From positions 7,271 to 71,270 of the forward strand of contig CBDAUA010000001.1 of assembly GCA_965200425.1 (NCBI GenBank): DNA of 64,000 nucleotides, given 5' to 3'. The notes under the pieces were generated by a model. That model did no database searches. It was not told where the DNA came from and worked only from the letters and a program-made list of their open reading frames with translations. The translations under genes were made by a program, and so were the position numbers. Below, one piece after another: positions 31,376 to 42,200 of the stretch. How positions within the stretch are numbered: position 1 is the first letter of the stretch; each line of letters starts with the position of its first letter. Source of the stretch: Arenicellales bacterium (GTDB lineage Bacteria; Pseudomonadota; Gammaproteobacteria; Arenicellales; JAJDZL01).

Positions 31376-32713
31376 ATGACACGAGTAGCAATAATTGGAG
31401 CCGGACCATGTGGTTTAGCACAGTTACAAGCATTTGCATCAGCAGAAAAAAAAGGAGCAACGATTCCTGACGTTGTGTGCTATGAGAAACAGAGCGACTG
31501 GGGTGGCTTATGGAATTACACTTGGCGAACTGGTACGGATGAATATGGAGAGTTAATCCACGGTAGTATGTACCGTTATTTATGGTCCAATGGACCAAAG
31601 GAGTGTCTGGAGTTTGCGGACTACACGTTTGAACACCACTTTGGTAGACCCATTCCTTCGTTTCCACCTCGTGCTGTATTGGCCGACTACATCAAAGGTC
31701 GATCTGAAACCGCAGGCGCCCGTAAGTTTTGTAAGTTTTTGAATTCTGCCCACTGGGTAACATACAACGAGAGTGACGAAAATTTCTCCGTCACAATGAG
31801 AGATTTAGCCAACGCCTCACTGGTAACCGAAGAGTTTGATTATGTTGTTGTGGCGACAGGTCACTTTTCAGTTCCCAACGTTCCAAACTTTAAAGGATTT
31901 GACACATTTAACGGACGACTTCTACACGCTCACGATTATCGCGATGCGAGAGAATTCGCGGGAATGGATGTTTTAATCATCGGTACTAGTTACTCAGCAG
32001 AAGACATCGCATCCCAGTGTTACAAATACGGTGCAAAATCCCTAACAATTAGTCACCGAACTGCAGCTACCGGCTTCCACTGGCCTGACTCTTTTGAAGA
32101 AGTTCCATTGTTAACGCATGTCGAAGGAGATGATGCTTACTTCAAAGATGGCACCAGTAAGCATATCGATGCGATTATCTTATGCACTGGGTACCTTCAT
32201 CATTTTCCTTTCATGGACGAAGATCTACGACTAAAAACTACGAACCGCATGTGGACACCTGGACTATATAACGGTGTCATTTGGGAAAAAAATCCAAAGG
32301 TGATGTATCTAGGGATGCAGGATCAGTACTACACTTTTAACATGTTTGACGTGCAAGCCTGGTATGTACGAGATGTCATTATGGGCCGCATCGAATTACC
32401 TTCAGCTGAAGAAATGCAACAGGATAGTCAAGCTTGGCTTGATCGAGAAGCCACCCTTGAAAACTATGAGCATGAAATTTGGTTTCAAGGTGACTATGTT
32501 CAGAAGCTACTTGATCAAAGCGATTATCCAAATTTTGATGTACAAGGTATTAACAATACTTTTATGGATTGGGAACACCACAAGCATGACGACATCATGG
32601 GATATCGAGATAACGGACACCGTTCACTCATGACACGTAACATGCAACCCGTTCATAACAAGGTATGGTTGGAAGCGATGGACGATAGTCTGGAGTCGTA
32701 TTTAGGGGCCTAG
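31376..32713 (+). CDS. tmm: Trimethylamine monooxygenase (bacterial FMO)
   Basis: GAGPCG, WGGLWNYTWRTG, SMYRYLWSNGPKECLEFADY, FNGRLLHAHDYR and IGTSYSAEDI. Confidence 0.93.
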   Translation: MTRVAIIGAGPCGLAQLQAFASAEKKGATIPDVVCYEKQSDWGGLWNYTWRTGTDEYGELIHGSMYRYLWSNGPKECLEFADYTFEHHFGRPIPSFPPRAVLADYIKGRSETAGARKFCKFLNSAHWVTYNESDENFSVTMRDLANASLVTEEFDYVVVATGHFSVPNVPNFKGFDTFNGRLLHAHDYRDAREFAGMDVLIIGTSYSAEDIASQCYKYGAKSLTISHRTAATGFHWPDSFEEVPLLTHVEGDDAYFKDGTSKHIDAIILCTGYLHHFPFMDEDLRLKTTNRMWTPGLYNGVIWEKNPKVMYLGMQDQYYTFNMFDVQAWYVRDVIMGRIELPSAEEMQQDSQAWLDREATLENYEHEIWFQGDYVQKLLDQSDYPNFDVQGINNTFMDWEHHKHDDIMGYRDNGHRSLMTRNMQPVHNKVWLEAMDDSLESYLGA

Positions 32714-32807
32714 GGATGAAAACCCCCTAAGATTTCTTGTTCTAGTATTAAAACGGTTAAGAGGCTTTACCTTCCTTCAATTTCCAGTCGTTTCAGAAAA
32801 AACTTCA

Positions 32808-32833
32808 AGATTCCGGCTTTCAAGCCGGAATCT
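32808..32833. repeat. Perfect 12-bp inverted repeat (REP-like or terminator hairpin)
   Basis: AGATTCCGGCTT-tc-AAGCCGGAATCT. Confidence 0.6.
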
Positions 32834-33233
32834 CAACTGACTTCCAATAATCAACTGAGATTCTGAAATTATTTCAGAATGACTTATTGGATTTGCGGCC
32901 TTCCTCATGCACGATAAATAACAAGAAGAAACGTTATCGATTAGCAAGCAAAATTCATTTGAAGGGTGTAAAGGAAAGAAGGCTAAACTGGTGATATGTA
33001 GCCTCTGCAATCGATCCGACTAGTGCAATCAGAAGGTAGATTTTGACTGAAGCTTCCTCGAGTTTAAGGATTTATTCAGTGCGACAGTATTTCAAGTACC
33101 AATCTGTCAACGAAATAGCTGAGTGTAAAGCTATTGATTCATGGTTCCCTTTACCCGATTGCCCAATCTTTCGAGGCCTTATCCAACAATCAAATTAATT
33201 TGTGTGATGACAAGTTGAGGGGATCAAATTCCA

Positions 33234-36200
33234 ATGTCTGAAGTTCAAGGTCTAACGAACGCCAACGAATTTTATAGTAGTCACTATTTCTCAGTCATTT
33301 TTCCGAATAAGCTGGACACGACTATTCGAAAGTGGAACAAAGAAGTTGAGCAAACGGGTACGGGTGTCAAGGCAAGGCAGCTGGTTGATGAGATTCGAAA
33401 GTTAGCGCCGCTTTACCGTGAGTTTCTAAACAAATTCAAGCAAGCCGAACGCAGCCAAGCTGAGCGCTGGGCATTACAGCGTGACTGGTATTGTGAATTC
33501 TTAAGCAAGTTGGGATATGAATGCATTCCTCGAACTTTGTCTGTTGATGGTGTTGAAGTTCCTATTTTTCACAAAGAAGTTGACGAAAGTGGTTATGACC
33601 GTTTTTTGATTCTAGCTGCCTTCGATGCGGACGCGAGTGACGAAGATCCATTGTCATTGCGACCTCATAAAGTTCAGTTCGAACCAGATCCACTATTTGC
33701 AGAGGATTTGCTTGATTGGTCCTGGCAGCGCGTGATCGATGAGTATATTTTTTCGCAAGTTCATCCGCCGCGGTGGGTGTTGCATTTGTCGTACTCGCAG
33801 ATGATATTGATTGACCGTACAAAATGGCCGATGCAACAATATCTGCGATTTGATCTAACTGAAATCTTCGATCGACTAGAACGATACGCGTTGGCTGCGA
33901 TCGTGTTAATGTTGCACCCGAAAGGGATTGGTTTGAGACAGGCTTCAAGTGGTTTTCTTGATGGTTTGGAACAAGATAGTCATCGTCATGCTTATAGTGT
34001 GTCGACCGATTTGAAGTATGCCATGCGCGAAGCAATTGAATTGATTGGCAATGAAGCGATTTGGTATTTGCAGCAGAATCGAATGCAAGGCAGACTTGAT
34101 GACCAGCTCGCCAGGCAATTAAGTCGTGAAAGTCTGCGCTACCTGTATCGTTTGTTGTTTTTGCTGTATCTAGAAGCCCGCCCGAACTTAGGCTATGTGC
34201 CGATGAATTCAGAGACCTTTGTCAGTGGCTATAGTTTAGAAAGTTTGCGCGAGTTAGAAATGGTTCAGTTGACCACAGAACGTTCTCGCACCGGCTATTT
34301 TCTGCATGAAAGTATCGAGCAATTGTTCCGCTTGGTGCGTGAAGGACTTCAACCAAGTACTGAGCACCAAGAGGATTTGCATGCCGATGCAGAATCGTTT
34401 CAGATTCGTGCTGTGGATGACAAATTATTTGCTCGTCAGTCCTTAGAAATTCTCAGCCAAGTGAAGTTTCGCAATTTCATCTTACAAAGAGTTATTAGAC
34501 TCTTATCGCTGACGAGACCGGATAGTAAAGCACACAAGAAACGAGGTCGCATTTCGTATTCACATTTGGGGATCAACCAGTTGGGGTCAGTGTATGAAAC
34601 CTTACTTCCATACCGAGGTTTTTTCGCCAAGGAGGACTTGTATGAAGTGTGCCGAAAAAACGTCAGCCCTGACATCTTAGATGTCGCGCATTTGGTAAAT
34701 GTGGACGATTTGCAAGACTATGATGAAGCTGAACGTGTATATGAAGATCAGCAGAAAACGATATTACGAAAGTATTCAAAAGGACGATTTATCTATCGCT
34801 TGGCCGGTAGAGAAAGAACCAGTAGTGGTAGTTTTTATACTCCTGAATCACTGACCCAGTGTGTCGTGAAATATAGCTTAAAAGAAGTAATTCGCGAGGA
34901 GATGACAGCAGCGGAGATATTGAAGCTGACGGTCTGTGAACCGGCCATGGGTTCTGCTGCATTTATCAATGAAGCGGTCAATCAATTGGCAGAGGCCTAT
35001 CTTGCGCGACGCCAACGCGAACGAAAGCTCAAAATCGAGCGCAAAGACTATGTGGATGAACTACAGAAAGTTAAACGTTACATTACCGACCGAAACGTAT
35101 TTGGAGTCGATTTAAATCCAGTCGCCACCGAATTAGGCGAGTTATCGATGCGTCTTAATTGTATGTATCAAGATGGACAGTCACCGTGGTTTGGTTTTCA
35201 AGTTTATTGTGGGAATTCGCTGGTAGGGGCGCGTCAGGAGTTTTTTCGAACAACTGAACTTGCAGAGAAGAATTGGTACAAGAAGACTGCAATTCGAGTC
35301 GATTCAGGCAGATCTGGAAAACTTGAACTACCCGAAGAATGCATCTACCATTTTCTTTTACCTCATCCAGATATGCTGAGCCAGACAGCGAATAAAAAGT
35401 TAAAGCAGTTTCTCGAGCCCTCGATCGTACAGTTATTTGCCCAAAGAAAGAAGGAGTTTAAAAATGCGTGCTCTGGCCATGAGCTGAATCAATTGCAACG
35501 AATTTCATCCATTTTGGATGTACTGTGGCAACGACAGGCCGCGCAACTGGCGCAAAGTCGGAAAGGCACACAAGACCAAATGGAAGTTTGGGGCGCCGAA
35601 GTCAAGGGCGACAATCATACGGAATACTCTGACAAAGATCGGTATCTTGAAAACTTTAATCCAACGAAGGAAAACCATCCTATAACAGAATACCAAATAC
35701 TCAAACTGGTGATGGACTACTGGTGTGCGATGTGGTACTGGCCGCCTATTGCCTCTCCCCCCCCCCCAACGAGAGCCGAATACATTCACGACTTGATGAC
35801 ATTGGTGTCGTTTCGAAGTAAGGATGACCGAGAGCTTCAATCTGAGGATTTAATTGTATTCGGAGAGGGCAAAGAATTAGAGCAAAAACTACGATCTCTC
35901 AAACAGCAGCAAGGCTATGTTTCTTTCAAGGACCTATTGACAAATATTCCAAGATTGAAGCTGGCGCATAAACTTGCCAAAAAGTATCGATTTTTTCATT
36001 GGGAGCTAGAGTTTGCAGATATTTTTCTAAGTAAATCGAACGATGGTGAGAGCCGAGGAGGCTTTGATCTAGTCATAGGAAATCCACCCTGGATCAAGTT
36101 AGAATTCAAAGAACAAGATGTGCTGGCAGAGTTTGAACCGAAAATCTGGGTTCGTAAAATGTTGGCAAGCAATGTCACAGCCTTTAGACCGACATTGTTT

Positions 36201-38132
36201 CAAAAACACCCAGACGCGAAGGATGAGTTAATTGAACACGGAACCAATATGCTGTGTACCCAACAATTTTTAAATTCAGAACAAAACTATCCATCCCTCA
36301 AAGGCCAGCCAACGAATTTATACAAAGCCTTTATCGGTCAGAGTTGGTGGTTTTCAAACAGACGGGGGGGGGCAAGCGGATTGCTCCATCCAAAAGATGT
36401 TTTTGATATAGTCAAGGGCGACAGCTTTCGGCAAGTAGCTTATCCTCGACTACGTTACCAATTTCGCTTTCATAATGCTTTTAAACTATTTCCTGACGTT
36501 GGCCACAGAGCACAATTTGCCGTCAACATTTACTCAAAGCCCAAGGAGGAGCTAGGTTTTGACCTGATTTCTAATCTTTATCTGCCAAAGACGATTGACG
36601 CTAGCTATCTTCATAGTGGTAGTGGTGACATCCCAGGTATCAAAGACAGAAAGAACCAATACAACACTTCGCCTCATAAAGCACGTGTAATTAAGATTGA
36701 TAAATTGATTCTTGAAGATTTCGCGGCAGTCGTTAATCGAGCCGGACAGCAGCAGCACACAGTTCCGATATTGGAATTACATTCTACTGAGCTGCTGTCA
36801 GTGATCAAAAAATTTGCACAGATCCCAAATCGACTAGGAAATTTAAGCGAAGACGTCCACGTTTACTGGCATTGGCATGAAACAGGTGCCCAAAAGGACG
36901 GCACCATTCGTAGACAAACTCAGTTCATAGAAGAACCAACGAAGTTCATCTACTCCGGCCCACATTTTTTCGTCGGCAATCCATTTGCAAAAACACCTCG
37001 TGCTGTCTGCCTAGCCAAAAACCACTACGATGCTTTGGATCTATCTTATATCCCCGATGATTATTTGCCACGCACGAACTATGTGCCGGCTTGTAATACC
37101 ATCGAATACGACACTCGAACTCCAAATACACCATGGACCGATGAGGACGAGATTCGAATCAAAACGACTCAATACTATCGCGTGTTGTTTCGAAGAATGA
37201 TTCATCCCGCATCTGAGAGAACTCTCATCTCAAGTTTGGTTCCGAAAGCTGTAGCGAGTATAGACGCGTGTACCACAGTGGTCTTTCGAAGCTGTAAAGC
37301 TGCAGTTGAATTTGCTGGCCTTTGTAATTCAATTGTGTTGGACTACTTCACCAAATGTTCTGGTGTAACCCACGCAAATAAAAGTACATTGGATCAATTA
37401 CCCGTACTCGGAATTAAAATGAATGTACAGTTACGCTCTGCCTTAATCGTAAGAGCATTGATTTTGAGCTGTCTTAGCTCGCACTATCGTGGACTATGGG
37501 AGTCACTATGTCAGCTCAAGGTCGACATGACTCGAACCAAGACATTAGACTCGACCAATCGCGTTAGCTATTTAGAGTTATTCCAGCACGACGCATGGAC
37601 CATTACAGACCCGCAAATTGACGCTGAATTCTTTTCCCAGCTGACCCCGCATTGGCAAAGAAATGTCGCACTACGTTCAGAACGCATGCGCCGCCAAGCT
37701 CTAGTTGAAACCGATGTACTAGTCTCGATGGCCTTTGGCTTTACTTTGGATGAACTACTCGCTATGTATCGAATTCAGTTTCCGATATTACAAAAATATG
37801 AAAACGAAACTTGGTATGATGCAAAGGGTCGTATAGTCTACACATCCAAATTAGGATACAAAGCAGCACCGTCCAAAGCGGTTAAGAATGACAACAATTG
37901 GAGCATATGCACAAATGTTCGAACCGAGAACAATATCGCATTAGGCTGGGAAGACATCAAAGATCTTGAAGAAGCTGTGGTGACTCAACAAGTTCTCGAC
38001 AACACTCTTGCAGGCGAGCCAGTAGAGCGAACCATTGAATATCGAGCTCCATTTTCGAAATGTGACCGGGAACAAGATTATCGTCAGGCTTGGGAGGTAT
38101 TTTCTGATCGGTTTTCTAGCGAACAAGCCTAG
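33234..38132 (+). CDS. Large N6-adenine DNA methyltransferase (Eco57I/type IIG-like, DISARM DrmMI-like), paralogue A
   Basis: GSFYTPESLT, CEPAMGSAAF (SAM binding), FGVDLNP, FFHWELEF, GFDLVIGNPPW (catalytic) and TNLYKAF; long C-terminal target-recognition region. Confidence 0.9.
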   Translation: MSEVQGLTNANEFYSSHYFSVIFPNKLDTTIRKWNKEVEQTGTGVKARQLVDEIRKLAPLYREFLNKFKQAERSQAERWALQRDWYCEFLSKLGYECIPRTLSVDGVEVPIFHKEVDESGYDRFLILAAFDADASDEDPLSLRPHKVQFEPDPLFAEDLLDWSWQRVIDEYIFSQVHPPRWVLHLSYSQMILIDRTKWPMQQYLRFDLTEIFDRLERYALAAIVLMLHPKGIGLRQASSGFLDGLEQDSHRHAYSVSTDLKYAMREAIELIGNEAIWYLQQNRMQGRLDDQLARQLSRESLRYLYRLLFLLYLEARPNLGYVPMNSETFVSGYSLESLRELEMVQLTTERSRTGYFLHESIEQLFRLVREGLQPSTEHQEDLHADAESFQIRAVDDKLFARQSLEILSQVKFRNFILQRVIRLLSLTRPDSKAHKKRGRISYSHLGINQLGSVYETLLPYRGFFAKEDLYEVCRKNVSPDILDVAHLVNVDDLQDYDEAERVYEDQQKTILRKYSKGRFIYRLAGRERTSSGSFYTPESLTQCVVKYSLKEVIREEMTAAEILKLTVCEPAMGSAAFINEAVNQLAEAYLARRQRERKLKIERKDYVDELQKVKRYITDRNVFGVDLNPVATELGELSMRLNCMYQDGQSPWFGFQVYCGNSLVGARQEFFRTTELAEKNWYKKTAIRVDSGRSGKLELPEECIYHFLLPHPDMLSQTANKKLKQFLEPSIVQLFAQRKKEFKNACSGHELNQLQRISSILDVLWQRQAAQLAQSRKGTQDQMEVWGAEVKGDNHTEYSDKDRYLENFNPTKENHPITEYQILKLVMDYWCAMWYWPPIASPPPPTRAEYIHDLMTLVSFRSKDDRELQSEDLIVFGEGKELEQKLRSLKQQQGYVSFKDLLTNIPRLKLAHKLAKKYRFFHWELEFADIFLSKSNDGESRGGFDLVIGNPPWIKLEFKEQDVLAEFEPKIWVRKMLASNVTAFRPTLFQKHPDAKDELIEHGTNMLCTQQFLNSEQNYPSLKGQPTNLYKAFIGQSWWFSNRRGGASGLLHPKDVFDIVKGDSFRQVAYPRLRYQFRFHNAFKLFPDVGHRAQFAVNIYSKPKEELGFDLISNLYLPKTIDASYLHSGSGDIPGIKDRKNQYNTSPHKARVIKIDKLILEDFAAVVNRAGQQQHTVPILELHSTELLSVIKKFAQIPNRLGNLSEDVHVYWHWHETGAQKDGTIRRQTQFIEEPTKFIYSGPHFFVGNPFAKTPRAVCLAKNHYDALDLSYIPDDYLPRTNYVPACNTIEYDTRTPNTPWTDEDEIRIKTTQYYRVLFRRMIHPASERTLISSLVPKAVASIDACTTVVFRSCKAAVEFAGLCNSIVLDYFTKCSGVTHANKSTLDQLPVLGIKMNVQLRSALIVRALILSCLSSHYRGLWESLCQLKVDMTRTKTLDSTNRVSYLELFQHDAWTITDPQIDAEFFSQLTPHWQRNVALRSERMRRQALVETDVLVSMAFGFTLDELLAMYRIQFPILQKYENETWYDAKGRIVYTSKLGYKAAPSKAVKNDNNWSICTNVRTENNIALGWEDIKDLEEAVVTQQVLDNTLAGEPVERTIEYRAPFSKCDREQDYRQAWEVFSDRFSSEQA

Positions 38133-38362
38133 CTTCGTTAAGGCATGCCTCCTTCTGTTGTCGCTTTTCGGAAATTCTCAGATCACTGAAAGACTTTATC
38201 GCGAGTGATTTCTGACATTCCAATCCAAAACCTTCTAAATTAAAAAGACGATATTCTGAATCTACACCAAAGTCAAGGGAGATGTTCGTCTTGCGACAGC
38301 TCAGTTTGATTGAAATATCGAGCGAAACTACATACAATATTCACAAAATGATCAATTGGGGG

Positions 38363-38709
38363 GGGGGTGACTTGGTTTCGACGCGAGTTACAAAGCCGTT
38401 GGAGCATGTCGAGGTGCAGCTGCCTCGTTAATCTTGCTGCAATTCAATAGTTGCCAACGACGACAACTACACTTTAGCGGCTTAGCTGCTAAGCTCCGTG
38501 ATTACCTTGTCTGGATGGTTTGAAACGGGGTCATATAAGCCAGGCTAGTTTACAGTAAGCGTCTTGTTAAGCTGTGAGTGAAAATTTGACGAGACAACTA
38601 CTTTTAGATTTGTCTATTCAGTCTAACTGTGTGAAAAAATTCAATAGACTAAGCATGTAGTGGCCGGCGAGTAGAGGGCTAACGGACGCGGGTTCAATTC
38701 CCTCCACCA
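38363..38709 (+). ncRNA. ssrA: tmRNA; tag (A)ANDDNYTLAA*
   Basis: 5' GGGGGTGACTTGGTTTCGAC, tag ORF GCCAACGACGACAACTACACTTTAGCGGCTTAG, CTAAGCATGTAG and 3' GGACGCGGGTTCAATTCCCTCCACCA. Confidence 0.95.
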
Positions 38710-39225
38710 AATTGTTTGTTCTAAACCATCCTTTGTTATTTTTCCAGATTTAGATCAGACGAACACTTCAATAATTTGTATTTGGAGTTTGAGTAATATC
38801 CAAGCTTAATCGGTACGGTGATAAGAGGACGTTCGCAAAATAGGATGTCCGGTAGAAAAGTCTTGGTATATATACGACTGCTTAAACAACAATCTAAACT
38901 GGATTACCTAAACGCATTCGCAAGTACGCGTGGGGCAGTACTTTGTAGTGGAACTGAGTCAGAGGTTGGTGAAAGAACTATTTGGCGGGTTCAGCACTAT
39001 GGATGACTAGCCTTCTGATTAACTCTCTTTGTCGAAGAACATTGATCGATTTTTAGATTCAGCAGTGAGTGCGACAGTATTTCAAATACCGGACCGTCAA
39101 CGAATTTGCTGAGTGTAGGGTTATTGATCCATGGTTACCTTTGCCCGCCGTTTGCGCATTCTTAAGATTTCCTTACCCGACGATCAAGTTGATCTGTGTG
39201 AGAACTGTTGAGGTAACAAATCCTA

Positions 39226-42200
39226 ATGCCTGAAATTCAAGGTCTAACGAACGTCAACGAATTTTATAGTAGTCACTACTTTTCAGTCATCTTTCCGCAT
39301 AAACTCGATACCACTATTCGCGAGTGGAACAAAGAAGTTGCGCAAACGGGGACAGGTGTCAAGGCAACGCAGCTGGTTGATGAAATTCGAAAGTTAGCGC
39401 CGCGTTACCGTGAGTTTCTAAACAAATTCAAGCAAGCCGAACGAAGCCAGGCTGAGCGCTGGGCATTACAGCGTGACTGGTATTGTGAATTCTTAAGCAA
39501 GTTGGGATATGAATGCATTCCTCGAACTTTGTCTGTTGATGGTGTTGAAGTTCCTATTTTTCACAAAGAAGTTGACGACAGTGGTTATGACCGTTTTTTG
39601 ATTCTAGCGGCCTTCGATGCGGATGCCAGTGACGAAGATCCATTGTCATTGCGACCTCATAAAGTTCAGTTCGAACCAGATCCACTATTTGCAGAGGATT
39701 TGCTTGATTGGTCCTGGCAGCGCGTGATCGATGAGCATATATTTTCGCAAATTCATCCCCCTCGGTGGGTGTTGCATTTGTCGTACTCGCAGACGATATT
39801 GATTGACCGTACAAAATGGCCAATGCAAAAATATTTACGGTTTGATTTAAGTGAAATCTTCGATCGACTAGACCGATACGCATTAGCTGCGATGGTGTTA
39901 ATGTTACACCCGAAGGGGATCGGGTTAAGACAGGGCTCAAGTGGCTTTCTGGATGGATTGGAACAAGATAGTCATCGTCATGCTTATAGCGTGTCAACCG
40001 ATTTGAAGTATGCCATGCGAGAGGCGATTGAATTGATTGGCAATGAAGCGATTTGGTATTTGCAGCAGAAGGGAATGCAAGGCAAACTTGATGACGAGCT
40101 CGCCACGGAACTAAGTCGTGAAAGTCTGCGCTACCTGTATCGTTTGTTGTTTTTGCTGTATCTAGAAGCCCGCCCGAACTTAGGCTATGTGCCGATGAAT
40201 TCAGAGACCTTTGTCAGTGGTTATAGCTTGGAGAGTTTGCGCGAGTTAGAAATGGTTCAGTTGACCACAGAACGTTCTCGCAACGGCTATTTTCTGCATG
40301 AAAGTATCGAGCAATTGTTCCGCTTGGTGCGTGAAGGACTTCAGCCAAGTACTGAGCACCAAGAGGATTTGCATGCCGATGCAGAATCGTTCCAGATTCG
40401 TGCTGTGGATGACAAATTATTTGCTCGTCAGTCCTTAGAAATTCTCAGCGAAGTGAAGTTTCGTAATTTCATCTTACAAAGAGTCATTCGACTGTTATCG
40501 CTGACGCGCCCTGGAAGTAAAGTGCACAAGAAACGAGGTCGCATTTCGTATTCACATTTGGGGATCAACCAGTTGGGGTCAGTGTATGAAACCTTACTTC
40601 CATACCGAGGGTTTTTCGCCAAGGAGGACTTGTATGAAGTGTGCCGAAAAAACGCCACTCCTGACATTTTAGATGTGGCACATTTGGTGAATGTGGATGA
40701 ATTGGCAGACTACGGTGAAGCTGAACGTGTATATGAAGATCAGCAGAAAACGATATTACGAAAGTATTCAAAAGGACAATTTATCTATCGCTTGGCCGGT
40801 AGAGAAAGAACCAGTAGTGGTAGTTTTTATACTCCTGAATCACTGACCCAGTGTGTCGTCAAATATAGCTTGAAAGAGCTAATTCGCGAGGACATGACGG
40901 CTGCAGAAATATTGAAGCTGACGGTCTGTGAACCGGCCATGGGCTCTGCGGCGTTTCTCAATGAAGCGGTCAATCAATTGGCGGAGGCCTATCTTGAGCG
41001 ACGCCAACGCGAACGAAGGCTCAAAATCGAGCGCAAAGACTATGTGGATGAACTACAGAAAGTCAAACGTTACATCACCGACCGAAACGTATTTGGAGTC
41101 GATTTAAATCCAGTTGCCACCGAATTAGGTGAGTTATCCATGCGTCTTAATTGTATGTATCGAGATGGACAGTCGCCGTGGTTTGGTTTTCAAGTTTATC
41201 TCGGAAATTCTCTGGTCGGAGCGCGTCAGGAGTTTTTTCGAACGACTGAACTTGCAAAGAAGAATTGGTACAACAAGACTTCATTTCGAGTCGATTCGGG
41301 TAGCTCTCGAGATGCAGTAGCAGCCGAATTCATGCGTGCCGAAGATAGTATCTACCACTTTCTTTTACCTCATCCAGATATGCTGAGCTATACAGCGAAT
41401 AAAAAGTTCAAGCAGTTTTTCGAGCCCTCGATCGTACAGTTATTTACCCAAAGAAAAAAAGAGTTCAAAAAAGCGTTTTCTGCACATGAGCTGAATCAAT
41501 TGCAACGAATTACATCCATTTTGGATGTACTGTGGCAACGACAGGCCGCGCAACTGGCGCAAAGTCGGCAAGGCACACAAGACCATATGGAAGTTTGGGG
41601 CGCCGAAGTCAAGGGCAACAAACAGACGGAATACTCTGACAAAGATCGGTATCTTGAAAGCTTTAATCCAACGAAGGAAAACCATCCTGTAACAGAATAC
41701 CAAATACTCAAACTGGTAATGGACTACTGGTGTGCAATGTGGTATTGGCCGCCTATTGCCTCTCCCCCCCCCCCAACGAGAGCCGAATATATTCACGACT
41801 TGATGACATTGGTATCGTTTCGAAGTAAGGATGACCGAGAGCTTCAATTTGAGGATTTATTTCTATCTACAGAAAAAAAAGAACTGACGCAGAAACTGCG
41901 TTCTCTCAAACAGCAGCAGGGCTATGTTTCTTTGAAGAACCTATTGACAGCAGTTCCAAGATTGAAACTGGCGCATAAACTTGCTAGAAAGTATCGCTTT
42001 TTTCATTGGGAGCTAGAGTTTGCAGATATCTTTCTAAGCAATAAGAACGACAGTCAGAGCCGAGGAGGCTTTGATCTTGTCATAGGAAATCCACCCTGGA
42101 TCAAGTTGAATTTCAAAGAACAAGATGTGCTGGCAGAGTTTGAACCGAAAATCTGGGTTCATAAAATGTCAGCAAGCAATGTCACAGCCTTAAGACCGAC

